38,555 nucleotides of DNA from a virus (IMGVR_UViG_3300048598_000527:1-38555); one strand, 5' to 3'. Positions 17,620 to 27,385 are shown, counted from the stretch's first letter. Program-made: numbers and translations. The notes: generated by a model not told the origin, from the sequence alone.

Positions 17620-17938
17620 CATCATCCTCGCCGTCGCCGGCGTCCTCTTCCTGGGGCTCGTCTTCGGGGGAGGTATGTGGTTCAAGGGAAGCGGCGAGAA
17701 GCAGATCCGCGCGCTCCTCGAGAAGACGGAAGAGAGGTACAAGACCGACATCGAGGCCGCCGATGAGAAGATCAAGGACAACGAGGCCAAGGCCGACGCC
17801 TACCGGGAGGCCGCAAACCAGGCACGCGCCCGGGCCGATGTCCTCGCACGCCAGGCGCAGGCCATCCGGCCGGTACAGACGGATGCGGAGCTGAAGGAGC
17901 GATATGAGAAGCTGGGCTATCATCCTACTTTTCGGTAG
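17597..17938 (+). CDS. Rz/i-spanin-like protein
   Basis: N-terminal TM then long coiled coil; overlaps both neighbours. Confidence 0.6.
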   Translation: MRPSLRRNIILAVAGVLFLGLVFGGGMWFKGSGEKQIRALLEKTEERYKTDIEAADEKIKDNEAKADAYREAANQARARADVLARQAQAIRPVQTDAELKERYEKLGYHPTFR

Positions 17939-18284
17939 TCTCATCCTCCCGGGGATCGCCCTGGCGGAAGAAGGCGCCGTCTGCTTTCCAAACGCCGAGG
18001 CGCGGGCGATGGTCGTCACCCTGGAGCAGGCACCTCTCCTGCAGGCGCGCATCGATGCCGCCAAGGAAGAGAACACAGCCCGTCAAAGAGAGAACGAGCT
18101 CCTGAAGGAGAACAACGCGCTCCTGAAGGAGCAGATCGGCCAATACAAGGAGCTGCTCCAGCTGCAGCGCGACAGCTACGAGGGCATTATCAAGGCGCAA
18201 AAGCCAAACCCGGTCAAGGAATTCCTCGACAAGCTCGGTTTCGTCGGCATAGGCGCCCTCGTCGCCCTGGGGTTAATGCTATGA
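17904..18284 (+). CDS. Spanin-position protein with signal peptide, coiled coil and C-terminal TM
   Basis: Overlaps Rz-like gene; ALA/EE cleavage-like site; hydrophobic C-terminus GFVGIGALVALGLML. Confidence 0.6.
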   Translation: MRSWAIILLFGSLILPGIALAEEGAVCFPNAEARAMVVTLEQAPLLQARIDAAKEENTARQRENELLKENNALLKEQIGQYKELLQLQRDSYEGIIKAQKPNPVKEFLDKLGFVGIGALVALGLML

Positions 18285-18362
18285 CTCTCGTCTTCTGTCC
18301 TGCCTTTGCGTCCGTCGTCCGAGCCCCGCAGGGGCGGTCGTCCATCGTCCGTCGGCCTCTTG

Positions 18363-18395
18363 CACTGTTCACTGTTCACTGTTCACTGTTCACTG
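18363..18395. repeat. Heptamer tandem repeat (CACTGTT)x4 plus CACTG
   Basis: Read directly; runs into the GGAG RBS of the next gene. Confidence 0.92.
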
Positions 18396-18405
18396 GAGTT
18401 GTACT

Positions 18406-18726
18406 ATGACCCTCCGCGACCAGATCCTCGCCGATCTCGACGCCGTCGTCTTCAACCTCGGTGAATTCGCCGAGACCATCACTTATAACGGCGTCGCTAT
18501 ATCCGCGGTCGTCGATCGCCGCGGCGGTCCCTCGAAGGCCTCCGCCGGCGTTTTCTTCGACGCCTTTATCCGGGTGAAAAAAAGCGACGTGGCCGCACCG
18601 GCCTACCGTGTCCCCGTCATCATCGACGGCAAGACCTGGTTCACCGGCAAGCCCGAGGATGCCGAGGGCGGGGAGTATACCTGGCGGATCCCCGTGGTGA
18701 GCAGCGCACGACCGGTGATGAAATGA
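18406..18726 (+). CDS. Head-tail joining protein (gpFII-like)
   Basis: LADLDAVVFNLGEFAETITYNG..ISAVVD; first gene of the tail block. Confidence 0.8.
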   Translation: MTLRDQILADLDAVVFNLGEFAETITYNGVAISAVVDRRGGPSKASAGVFFDAFIRVKKSDVAAPAYRVPVIIDGKTWFTGKPEDAEGGEYTWRIPVVSSARPVMK

Positions 18727-19421
18727 GCGGCGTGGTAACGAACCGCTCGGAATTCGAGCGCGACCTCGACAAAGCAAACCAGGACCGCGTCAAGGCCGCG
18801 ATCACGGCGACTAAGGTCGAAGGTTTCCGCCACTGGAAACTGTTCCGGGCGGAGCTCGAGGAAGGCGCGCCCGGGGGACAGTCACTGGCGGCGATGCGTG
18901 AAGTCTCCCAGTGGGAAAAGTGGATTGGGCGCCGACGTCGGAAAAAGTATAAGCCGCTCTCGGGCCTGTCGAAGGCCGTCCGCTACAAGGTGGACGGCAA
19001 GGGCCAGCTCCACATGGAAATAGGCGCCGTCGACACGAGGGCGCAGCGCCGGGACGCAATCCAGGCCTCGGGGCTCGGTGAGTCCTCGCCCTTCGTCGAG
19101 TGGGCCGCCAGGGGCCTTTCGTCCTCCTGGGTGAGCATTTTTAACCGGCAGCAATCGGGTACCTCCGTTCCCGTCACGGCAGGCACGAGAGAGCTCCTCG
19201 CGAGCATCGGTGGCAAGATGGTGGGCAAAAGGTACGACAGCGCGGGAGAGTTCGGCGCGGCCTTAGGCGTCGCCCGCTACTTCTTCCTCCGGAAGTCCAC
19301 GACGCAGTTTCAGATCCCGCCCCGCGACATCGTCGACACCTACTGGCGCCGCCATTCGGCCGAGGCCATGCCCCACATACAAAGTAACTATGAGCGCAAG
19401 CTGCGCGGGGAGCGAATCTGA
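18723..19421 (+). CDS. Tail completion/minor tail protein (gpZ position)
   Basis: Basic 232 aa protein with ATGA overlap; synteny. Confidence 0.55.
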   Translation: MSGVVTNRSEFERDLDKANQDRVKAAITATKVEGFRHWKLFRAELEEGAPGGQSLAAMREVSQWEKWIGRRRRKKYKPLSGLSKAVRYKVDGKGQLHMEIGAVDTRAQRRDAIQASGLGESSPFVEWAARGLSSSWVSIFNRQQSGTSVPVTAGTRELLASIGGKMVGKRYDSAGEFGAALGVARYFFLRKSTTQFQIPPRDIVDTYWRRHSAEAMPHIQSNYERKLRGERI

Positions 19422-19942
19422 TGTCGGACCTCATCACCATACTCAACACCATCCGCGACGGCATCGCCGGCGACTCGGCCATCGATACATGGTGCCGGGC
19501 CACCTATGGCCAGGGCCACAAGGTCTTTGTCGGCATCGATCCCAACAGCCCTCCGGCGGATCCCGATCTCGACGAAACGGGCAAGGCCATTGCCGGTACC
19601 GGTCAATACCCCTGCATCGCCCTTTCGATCGGCGGCAAGACCGAGGGCGTCGAGCAGCTCAACATCCCCCACCGCTTCCGGAGTACTCTCGGCCTCTATG
19701 ACGATTCCCGCCCGGGCGACACGGACACCAACATACTGCAGTACGCCGGCGCGACGCGCATCGAGGAGTTCCGGGCCCTCGTCGACGCGGCTCTCGTCAA
19801 GGCGGTGGCCACCCTCGAGAACCACGACATCACCGAAGCGGAGATGGACTTCTCCCCGGTCACTCTTTTCCCGTGGTTTCTGTGCGACATGGACTTTACC
19901 GTGGTCGAAACGCAAGAGTTCCGGAGCGATTCATTTGGATAG
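19421..19942 (+). CDS. Tail terminator-like protein (gpU position)
   Basis: Acidic 173 aa with YPCIAL motif, just before tail tube. Confidence 0.6.
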   Translation: MSDLITILNTIRDGIAGDSAIDTWCRATYGQGHKVFVGIDPNSPPADPDLDETGKAIAGTGQYPCIALSIGGKTEGVEQLNIPHRFRSTLGLYDDSRPGDTDTNILQYAGATRIEEFRALVDAALVKAVATLENHDITEAEMDFSPVTLFPWFLCDMDFTVVETQEFRSDSFG

Positions 19943-19952
19943 GATGAACATG

Positions 19953-19972
19953 ACCGTCCATAGGACGGTTTT
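19953..19972 (+). terminator. Hairpin with short U-tract before tail tube gene
   Basis: ACCGTCC-ATA-GGACGGT followed by TTT; outer ATGAA/TTCAT pairing. Confidence 0.45.
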
Positions 19973-20004
19973 CATAAATAAACGAAACCAAGGAGGTATC
20001 ACAC

Positions 20005-20733
20005 ATGGCTGTCAATAGAGTTCTCGGAGTAAACGCGGCGCTCGTGCTCAAATATGGGACCGTTAACCAGGCCACCATCAAGGGCCTCAACCAGCTCACC
20101 CTCCCCTCTCTCATGCGGTCCAAGATCAAGAGCGAGGAATTCGGCGTCGACTTCGCCGTCAACGATGCGGGCGGCGGCGAGCACGGCGACATTTCCTACG
20201 CCGGTAACCTCCTCTTCGGAGATCCCGGGCAGGACGCCCTCAAGGCCTATTTCAAGGACAACACCAAGTTCGGCCAGGTCGGTACCAACGACGAGGCTCG
20301 TGTGTATGTGGGCCTCACCGATTTCCTCGCCGCCGACACGGCCAGCGACGAAAACGCGGGCTTCCAGGTCATCAACCACACTCCCGGCCAGGCGAACAAG
20401 AACGGCACGTTCCCCCTGTCCGGAGGATGGTGTATCAATGGCCTGTATTGCTATTTTACCGCCCATAAGACCACGGACATGGTCACCGATGTCGACTTTG
20501 TCGCGGCCGTCACCCCGGGCACGACGAGTGCCACCATCACGAGCGGCGCGTCCGATTTCGTGACCCTGGGCTTCAAGGCGGGAGACACCCTCATCGTGGA
20601 AAACTCCACGTCGAACGACGGCATATACAAGATTCTCACCGTCGCTGCCGGCACCATCACCCTGGAGGTGGGCGAGGTCCTCACGGCCGAGGCCGCCACT
20701 GCCACCACGCAGCTCCACGGCGGGAGGTTGTAG
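20005..20733 (+). CDS. Major tail tube protein with C-terminal accessory domain
   Basis: AAGGAGGT RBS; DPGQDALK motif; precedes chaperones and tape measure. Confidence 0.8.
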   Translation: MAVNRVLGVNAALVLKYGTVNQATIKGLNQLTLPSLMRSKIKSEEFGVDFAVNDAGGGEHGDISYAGNLLFGDPGQDALKAYFKDNTKFGQVGTNDEARVYVGLTDFLAADTASDENAGFQVINHTPGQANKNGTFPLSGGWCINGLYCYFTAHKTTDMVTDVDFVAAVTPGTTSATITSGASDFVTLGFKAGDTLIVENSTSNDGIYKILTVAAGTITLEVGEVLTAEAATATTQLHGGRL

Positions 20734-20736
20734 ACC

Positions 20737-21123
20737 ATGCCGAGACTCACCGTAAAGCGGGAAATGTGGTTCGAGGTACCGGAAGAGGAGCGCCCGGGGC
20801 GCGTCCTCATCCGGGAGGTGAAGGACAGCGAAATAACCGAGGCGCATATCCAGGCGACGACGACCCGCCCGGTCGACTCGCCAACGGGCGTCGTCGTGGA
20901 GCAGACAACGGCGATCGGCCGGGTCGAAGATGCGATGCTGTGCGCGACCGTCAAAAACTGGGAAGGTTTCGAGGACGAGAAGGGCAAGTCCATGGAATGC
21001 ACCAACCTGAACAAACTGCGGTATGCGAAGGAAGCACCGTGGTTCAGGCCCTTTATCCAGCAATGTGCGCGGCAGGCTACCGAGATCTGGAACGGCAATG
21101 CCGAGGCGGCGGCGGAAAACTGA
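20737..21123 (+). CDS. Tail assembly chaperone (gpG-like)
   Basis: VKNWEGFEDEKG..ECT..NK; ends at slippery GGAAAAC-TGA. Confidence 0.85.
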   Translation: MPRLTVKREMWFEVPEEERPGRVLIREVKDSEITEAHIQATTTRPVDSPTGVVVEQTTAIGRVEDAMLCATVKNWEGFEDEKGKSMECTNLNKLRYAKEAPWFRPFIQQCARQATEIWNGNAEAAAEN

Positions 21124-21542
21124 TTGACTTTGCCGTCTGGAAATCGGGCGCGGGACGGCAAAGCTGCGGGGCATGCAGGGAGAGCTATCGCATGGCGAGC
21201 GAGCAATTCGCATTCGAAAAAGTGGCGCCGCCGAAGAAAAGCCCGCCATGCGCGACGTGCAGGCCTCCCCTCATGCGCGAGAACGCGCCCGCCTTCGAGG
21301 TGTGGGACCGCTGCGGGGACGAATGGATTACCGCAGGATACGACGGGGCGCCGATCGCGATCGCGGGGCCCTCGATCGAAGCGGCCCTCAATATCTCGGG
21401 GGTCACGGACCCGGACGAAAGGGCGTACCTGTTCGACCAGGTGAAGACCATAAGCCGGGTCGTGGTGTCGGAACTGGCGCAGGACCGCGAGAGAAAGCGC
21501 GTGGAAGACAAGACTTTCGGGGGGAGACATGCCGAGCCTTAA
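21114..21542 (+). CDS. Tail assembly chaperone extension (gpT-like) reached by -1 frameshift
   Basis: Open -1 frame from GGAAAAC (21114-21120) to 21542; CxxC..CxxC and ENAPAFEVW motifs. Confidence 0.75.
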   Translation, partial: GKLIDFAVWKSGAGRQSCGACRESYRMASEQFAFEKVAPPKKSPPCATCRPPLMRENAPAFEVWDRCGDEWITAGYDGAPIAIAGPSIEAALNISGVTDPDERAYLFDQVKTISRVVVSELAQDRERKRVEDKTFGGRHAEP

Positions 21543-24500
21543 AATCGATTTAGTCGTCGACGACAAGGGCAACGTCGTCATCGACAAAATGAAGGCGAAC
21601 GTCCAGGACTTCGACCGGTCGGCAAAGACGGTCGGGAATACTTTGGAGGGATGGGGGCCGGCCATGCAGAAGGCGGCCCTTGCCGGCGCCGCATTCTTTA
21701 CGGCCGACAAAATCATGCAGTGGGGCAAGGAGGTCATAAACGCCTCCCTCGCCATGGAGCGTGTAGGCGCCGCCATGAAAACGGTGGCCGGGCAGAATAC
21801 GGCGGCGGAGTTGAAATATGTGCGGGACGAGGCGGAGCGCCTCGGGCTGATCGTGACCGATACGTCCCTCGCCTACGCGAAGTTCGCGGCGTCGACCAAA
21901 AATACCGCCGTCGAAGGGGAGCAGACGCGCAAGATCTTCACGGCGGTGTCCGAGGCGGTCACCGCCATGCGCCTCACGGGCGAGGAATCGAACGGCGTGT
22001 TTCTGGCCCTCTCGCAGATGATGAGCAAGGGCAAGATCTCCGCAGAGGAGCTCAGGGGCCAGCTCGGCGAGCGCCTGCCGGGTGCGTTCCAGCTCATGTC
22101 GACGGCCATGGGCGTCAGCACGCAGCAGCTCAACAAAATGCTCGAAGAAGGAAAGTTGTTGTCCGCCGATGTCCTCCCGAAGTTCGCCGAGCAGTTGCAC
22201 AAGGTATACGGGGAAGGCGCGACAGATGCGGCGCAGGGCGGCCAGGCCGCCATCAACAGGTTCAACAATACCCTGACGGAAACAAAGGTCATTCTCGGCG
22301 ACCAGCTCTTGCCGGTGCTCACGAAGTATCTCGGCATCGCGAAGCAGGCACTGGAGGTCGTCAACTCCCTCAAGAACTGGGAGCCGCCGGGCTGGGTCAA
22401 AACCATTATGAAGGGGACGACGTTGGCGGTGTCCCCCTATACAGCCGGGATGGAGGCACTTTCTTCCGGCGTCGAAATGTGGAACAACCGGGGGCAGAAT
22501 GACTCCTGGGTCGCCAAATACCTGAGAAACAGGAAGCAGGAAGCATATCTTGCATCGATAAGCGATCCGACGTCCACCGGGTATATGGAGGAACAGAGGA
22601 AGTACGCCGAAAGCCTCGGCGCCGCTCTCGCGGCGACTCCCGTGACGCCCCGGGCCATCGCGACTCACTCGGTAGTTGACCCCGACGTCGCGAAGAAAGC
22701 GGCAGAGGCGCAGCGCAAGCTCCTTGCCGATCTGACCAAGGACCAGGACGAGGCGTACAAGGCCTGGGTCGAGTCGGACAGGGAGTCGACGAGGCAACGC
22801 GAGGGCTTTCTGAAGGAATACGACGAGATGTACACGCTCTACAGCGACGCCCGCCTTGACGATAACAGCAAGGCCCTCGACAGGATCAACCTCGCCGAAA
22901 AGGACGCTTACAACCGTCTCGGCGCGATCTGGCTGCAGTCGGAATTCGACTACGAGAATTCGGGCAAGGCCCGCATCATCACTCACGAGCAGTTCGAAAA
23001 GCTGCAAACCGATATCACGCGGAAGTATACGGCGGATCGGGGCGAGCTCCAGGACAGGGAAGCAAAGAGAGCGGCCGACAACGCCGCGAGAGTCGCCCAG
23101 ATAGAAGCAAGTCTCCTGAGCAATATCCCGGGCATGAAAGGGGATAGCCTGGCGCTCGAATCGGCGGCCTTTCAAAAGCAAATGGAAGAATATAAGGCCA
23201 TGCACGTCGACAGGCGGGTTATAGCTGCCGCCACGGCCGATTTCAACGAAAAGTTGCTCATCAGGCAGGGCGTGATCTCCAACGACCTCTATGCCGGCAT
23301 GAGTGCAGGCCTCAAGGACCTCGCCCGGGAGCAGATCACGTGGGGCCAGGTCGGATACGAGTCGGTGAAGACATTTGCCGAGCAGAGCCGGGACGTAACG
23401 AGCACCGTGCTCTTCGACTGGTATAAAGGGGAATTGAAGGACCTCGGCGATTATTTTAGCTCCTTTGCCGACTCCATGGTGAAGAAGTGGATCGACTCTA
23501 TTGCGTCCATGGCCCAGAACGACATCATGACCAGGCTCTTTGACCAGGGCGGAACTGGCGGCAGCCTGATCGGGGCGGCCGGCAGCATCATCGGGGGGAT
23601 AGGGAAGCTCGGCGACGTGGGTTCGTCCCTCTGGGATTGGGTCTCCGGAGGGAGCGACACTGCCTCGACTGTGGCTGAATCAGGGTGGGACATATTCAGT
23701 GTGCTTCATGAAGGCGGTATCGTCGGCAGAGATGGATACTCCAGGGCCGCAAGCTCGTCCCTCCTTGCCGGTGCCCCCCGCTATCATACGGGTCTGTACG
23801 CGGGGGAATTCCCCGCCATTCTGCAAGAAGGTGAGACGGTCCTTACGAAGGTCGACGCGGCAAAACTCGGGGAGACGGTGGGCGGCCTCGCGGCGGCAGT
23901 TTCCGGCCTTCAGGCCGTTGCCGGCTTGAGCGCGATATACGGGGCAGGTGGCTATGCCGGGGGCGGGGGTGGTCTCGGAGAGGGCAACTCCACTGCGGGC
24001 ATGTTTGGAAGCACCCGGGGCGATGTAGCGGCGCTGGGCCAGGCCCTCAGCTATTTTGGCACCGTTGTCGGAATGTTCGGGGGCCCTGCAGGCTCGGTTG
24101 TCGGAATGGGGGCCAGGGGCGCGGGAAAAGCCTTGAGCTATTTTTTTGGGTTGCGCCCAGGACAGGCGATTGACCTGTCGGATATGAGTCTTTCAGATGC
24201 CCTGTCCATGGTGGGCCCCGCAACATCCGCTATCGACTGGGCCACCGTATATGTGGACCCGTTAGGTCTCACCCTTGCCGATATTCTCGCTATGGTGGGG
24301 CCGGCGACAGGGGTGCCTCTCAGCGATTTGGGCTTTGGCGTCTATGATGGCGACTTTGGCGGTGGCTATGGGTACGGCTCTGGCGCGAATGGCACGGCCG
24401 GAGGCGGATATAGTAATGCTTCCGGCGGCACCAACGGCGGGTGGGGCTCTACTGGCTGGGGCGGAGGTGCCGGCTTCGAGAAGGGCACCGACTATGTCCC

Positions 24501-24747
24501 CTATACCGGTTGGTTTCAGCTCCATCGGGGCGAGGCCGTTGTGCCGGCAGAAGTAAACAGCCGCCGGGGCGCGGCGCTCGATCCTTCGGCCCTGGCCGAG
24601 GCCATGGCCCGGGCACTCGGAAACATGACCGTCAAAATCTACGTCGGCAACGAGGAATTCGACGGCCACATACGCAAGGAAGCCGACGGAGTCTATACGG
24701 CACGCGCCAAGCGCAAAAACCTTAACGCGGAAGACGGAGTATACTGA
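21529..24747 (+). CDS. Tape measure protein
   Basis: 1072 aa; ALSQMMSKGKISAEELRGQLGERLPGA tape-measure domain; long helical body. Confidence 0.95.
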   Translation: MPSLKIDLVVDDKGNVVIDKMKANVQDFDRSAKTVGNTLEGWGPAMQKAALAGAAFFTADKIMQWGKEVINASLAMERVGAAMKTVAGQNTAAELKYVRDEAERLGLIVTDTSLAYAKFAASTKNTAVEGEQTRKIFTAVSEAVTAMRLTGEESNGVFLALSQMMSKGKISAEELRGQLGERLPGAFQLMSTAMGVSTQQLNKMLEEGKLLSADVLPKFAEQLHKVYGEGATDAAQGGQAAINRFNNTLTETKVILGDQLLPVLTKYLGIAKQALEVVNSLKNWEPPGWVKTIMKGTTLAVSPYTAGMEALSSGVEMWNNRGQNDSWVAKYLRNRKQEAYLASISDPTSTGYMEEQRKYAESLGAALAATPVTPRAIATHSVVDPDVAKKAAEAQRKLLADLTKDQDEAYKAWVESDRESTRQREGFLKEYDEMYTLYSDARLDDNSKALDRINLAEKDAYNRLGAIWLQSEFDYENSGKARIITHEQFEKLQTDITRKYTADRGELQDREAKRAADNAARVAQIEASLLSNIPGMKGDSLALESAAFQKQMEEYKAMHVDRRVIAAATADFNEKLLIRQGVISNDLYAGMSAGLKDLAREQITWGQVGYESVKTFAEQSRDVTSTVLFDWYKGELKDLGDYFSSFADSMVKKWIDSIASMAQNDIMTRLFDQGGTGGSLIGAAGSIIGGIGKLGDVGSSLWDWVSGGSDTASTVAESGWDIFSVLHEGGIVGRDGYSRAASSSLLAGAPRYHTGLYAGEFPAILQEGETVLTKVDAAKLGETVGGLAAAVSGLQAVAGLSAIYGAGGYAGGGGGLGEGNSTAGMFGSTRGDVAALGQALSYFGTVVGMFGGPAGSVVGMGARGAGKALSYFFGLRPGQAIDLSDMSLSDALSMVGPATSAIDWATVYVDPLGLTLADILAMVGPATGVPLSDLGFGVYDGDFGGGYGYGSGANGTAGGGYSNASGGTNGGWGSTGWGGGAGFEKGTDYVPYTGWFQLHRGEAVVPAEVNSRRGAALDPSALAEAMARALGNMTVKIYVGNEEFDGHIRKEADGVYTARAKRKNLNAEDGVY

Positions 24748-25739
24748 TGCTCCTCGTACAGCTCACGGTCAACGGCTCCATCCGGTACGTCTCCATAGAC
24801 GGGCACTCCCTCACACACAACTGGCGCCCTTTTATCACCGGCATGGAGGCGCCGAGGATCTACCTGCCCACCCACCATGGCGGCTATGCCCAGTTGACCT
24901 GGGGAAGCATCAGCTTCGACCCGGCCCTTTTCTCGAGCACGGTCGAGAGCTGGACCGACTGGCCGCCGCCCGCGTCCTGTGCCATTACCGCATCGCACAC
25001 GGACACCGACGAGGCGAGCGCAACGCTCATTTTTGCCGGCACGGCATACCTCGCTTCCCCCGGGACCGAGAAAGTCACCTATGACCTCTACGGACCGTCC
25101 TACGACGAGACCGTGGGGGCCATGGCCTACAACAACACCCTCAATTCGGTGATGACCTCGATCCTCACCACCATCCCCGAAATCACGATCGTCGATACCT
25201 CGGCGGCCCGGTCACCTTCCCCAAACGTGGCCTTTACCACCTCCGGCAGCCAGCTCGCCATCGACCTCGCGTCCGAGGTGGCCGGGTTCTATTCGCACCT
25301 GTTCTATATCGTCGGGTCCACCGCCTACCTGGTCGATATGCTCGCCGACAACGGGTCTATGGCGGCGCTCACGGAGTTCGAGTTCTTCGAGTTCCCCACG
25401 TATACATACAGCCCCAAGGCGAAGGCCGTGGCCGGCAACTATACCCGGTACTCCGCGTATCCCCTGGGTGGTGACCTGTCCGCCACGCCGTACCACACGA
25501 CCCAGGCCAACATAGAGGCGGCTCTCGATGACATCCTCACCGTGGAGAACGCGCCCAGGGCCTCGGTAAATCTGCCCATGGCCGCAGGCAACTTCCCGAC
25601 GTTCGGCGAGAAAATCACCTTTCCGGACACGTCCCAGGCCGCAGATCTGTCCACCTGGATCAGGGCCCGGAACGTCACGTTCGATTTCATGCAGGAAATC
25701 ATTACTATCGAAGGCGAGGGGGCCATAGCAGCCGGATGA
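24747..25739 (+). CDS. Tail tip protein
   Basis: Coupled to tape measure stop; acidic and beta-rich. Confidence 0.65.
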   Translation: MLLVQLTVNGSIRYVSIDGHSLTHNWRPFITGMEAPRIYLPTHHGGYAQLTWGSISFDPALFSSTVESWTDWPPPASCAITASHTDTDEASATLIFAGTAYLASPGTEKVTYDLYGPSYDETVGAMAYNNTLNSVMTSILTTIPEITIVDTSAARSPSPNVAFTTSGSQLAIDLASEVAGFYSHLFYIVGSTAYLVDMLADNGSMAALTEFEFFEFPTYTYSPKAKAVAGNYTRYSAYPLGGDLSATPYHTTQANIEAALDDILTVENAPRASVNLPMAAGNFPTFGEKITFPDTSQAADLSTWIRARNVTFDFMQEIITIEGEGAIAAG

Positions 25740-26542
25740 AAATAATCATCGATACCGATCTCGCGGCGGTGGACGGTGCCGCCTATGTCGACAACATCAC
25801 GGCCATAGCGGCAAGCTCCGAGGACGCCGCCTTTCCCGCTTCATCCTTGCGGAACGACCACACCACCGACATATGGCGCGCGGTCGCCGGCGTCACCACC
25901 GCCGTCCTCACCGCCCAGGTCTCCAAGGGCTCGGCAGTTATGGTTGTGAACACCAATGCCACGTCTATCACCGTGGAGGCGGGCACCGGCGCATCGGTAA
26001 CCCTGGAGACGGGGTGGACGCTCGAGGACGACTGGTCTATGGAGGACGACGCGAAATTTGCGACTCTCGCTTACAACCTACCGGGCGCCGGGGGCCGCAT
26101 GTGGGCCGACTACGAGAGGATCGCGACCGCGCATATAGTAAGGGTTACTCTTATCGCGGCGGAAACGGTTTACGCCGGTATCATGCGCGCAGGCGAGGTG
26201 GAAAGTTTCAAAAATCCCGCGCCCGGCAACAACGAGGGCTCGGCCGATCACTCTATTGTGCGCAGGCTCAACAACGGGGCCCGGTACACCCGGAAGCGCA
26301 ATGTCGTCCGGAGCTTCGACGGCCTCTCCATGGTGGAGACGAGGGCGAATTGCTGGAAGTTCAAACACGGGATCTGGGATGCCGTGGGGCCGAAACCCCT
26401 CGCGGTGAGGCTCAACGATATCCTGTTGGACGACGAGTTCGTGGTGTTCGCCTGCACGCCTGAAGGCTCGCCCGTCCAGATTGCCCACGACGCCGGCAAC
26501 GAAAAATCGCGCGTCAATTTCAGTCTCGAGGAGGTCGTATAA
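25736..26542 (+). CDS. Distal tail-like protein
   Basis: ATGA overlap; ITAIAASSEDAAFPASSL..WRA N-terminus; tail synteny. Confidence 0.6.
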   Translation: MKIIIDTDLAAVDGAAYVDNITAIAASSEDAAFPASSLRNDHTTDIWRAVAGVTTAVLTAQVSKGSAVMVVNTNATSITVEAGTGASVTLETGWTLEDDWSMEDDAKFATLAYNLPGAGGRMWADYERIATAHIVRVTLIAAETVYAGIMRAGEVESFKNPAPGNNEGSADHSIVRRLNNGARYTRKRNVVRSFDGLSMVETRANCWKFKHGIWDAVGPKPLAVRLNDILLDDEFVVFACTPEGSPVQIAHDAGNEKSRVNFSLEEVV

Positions 26543-27375
26543 TGGCAAACAAGCTCTACACGTCGAGGACCGCGTTAACCGGCGGCGCGGCAAACGCCCT
26601 CGATTACCTCGATGGCAACGTGCTCAGCGACGGTGACATTGCCCTCGTATCCGTCGCCGGCGTGGCCTATACCTACAGGCTCAACGCCTCATCGAGCGAC
26701 TCCGAGGCCGTACCCTATATAATCGCGCCCGACGCGAACCCGGGCACGAAAAGATGGGAGCTGCAGCTCGGCGCCACTCCCCTCGAGGCGAAGACGGATA
26801 ACTACACCGTCGCCCTCCGGGATTTCAGGTCCCTTATCGTCATGAACTGCGCGACCGCAAAAACGCTGACTTTCCCGGCCGCGAGCGGTTTCCCTTCCGG
26901 CTTTTCGATCGACGTCGTCTCTATGGGTGCCGGCGCCATTACCCTCGCCATAACCGGAGGTGGCAACTGGTGGAACACGTCCATCGCGGGTGCATCGGTC
27001 GTGATGGGGCCACGATGCACGGCGTGGACAGATGGGGCGTATTGGTATGTGAGCCCGCTGAATGTCAACATCGACGCCATTCGTGTCCTCAATGCGGGGG
27101 ATCAGACCTCGTGGACGGCGATCGATCTCTCTGCATCACCTCTGCTACTTCCCACGAGCGTCAAGCGGATCGGAGGCTATTTCCTGGGTCAAACGGCAGT
27201 AGGAAGCAGCGGTGTTGCACCGACAAGTAATGGCTATGGTCAAGTGGCGCATCCGGGGACGGGGGAACTGTACGTCAACTATGCTTTCGATCTCCAGACG
27301 CCTCAGTCAATGTGGTATCGAGCTACGGCGGGAGGTGGAACGGTGTCGGTATGGGTCGGGTCTGTGGGGTTCTGA
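26542..27375 (+). CDS. Tail fibre / receptor-binding protein
   Basis: ALTGGAANALDYLDG..IIAPDANPGTKRW N-terminus; KTDNYTV..TLTFPA fibre module; last late gene. Confidence 0.75.
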   Translation: MANKLYTSRTALTGGAANALDYLDGNVLSDGDIALVSVAGVAYTYRLNASSSDSEAVPYIIAPDANPGTKRWELQLGATPLEAKTDNYTVALRDFRSLIVMNCATAKTLTFPAASGFPSGFSIDVVSMGAGAITLAITGGGNWWNTSIAGASVVMGPRCTAWTDGAYWYVSPLNVNIDAIRVLNAGDQTSWTAIDLSASPLLLPTSVKRIGGYFLGQTAVGSSGVAPTSNGYGQVAHPGTGELYVNYAFDLQTPQSMWYRATAGGGTVSVWVGSVGF

Positions 27376-27385
27376 GGCGGGGCGG

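Noticed and set aside
26542-27375. Diversity-generating retroelement or invertible tail-fibre cassette
   Set aside because: No reverse transcriptase, adenine-variant template repeat or invertase seen in the window
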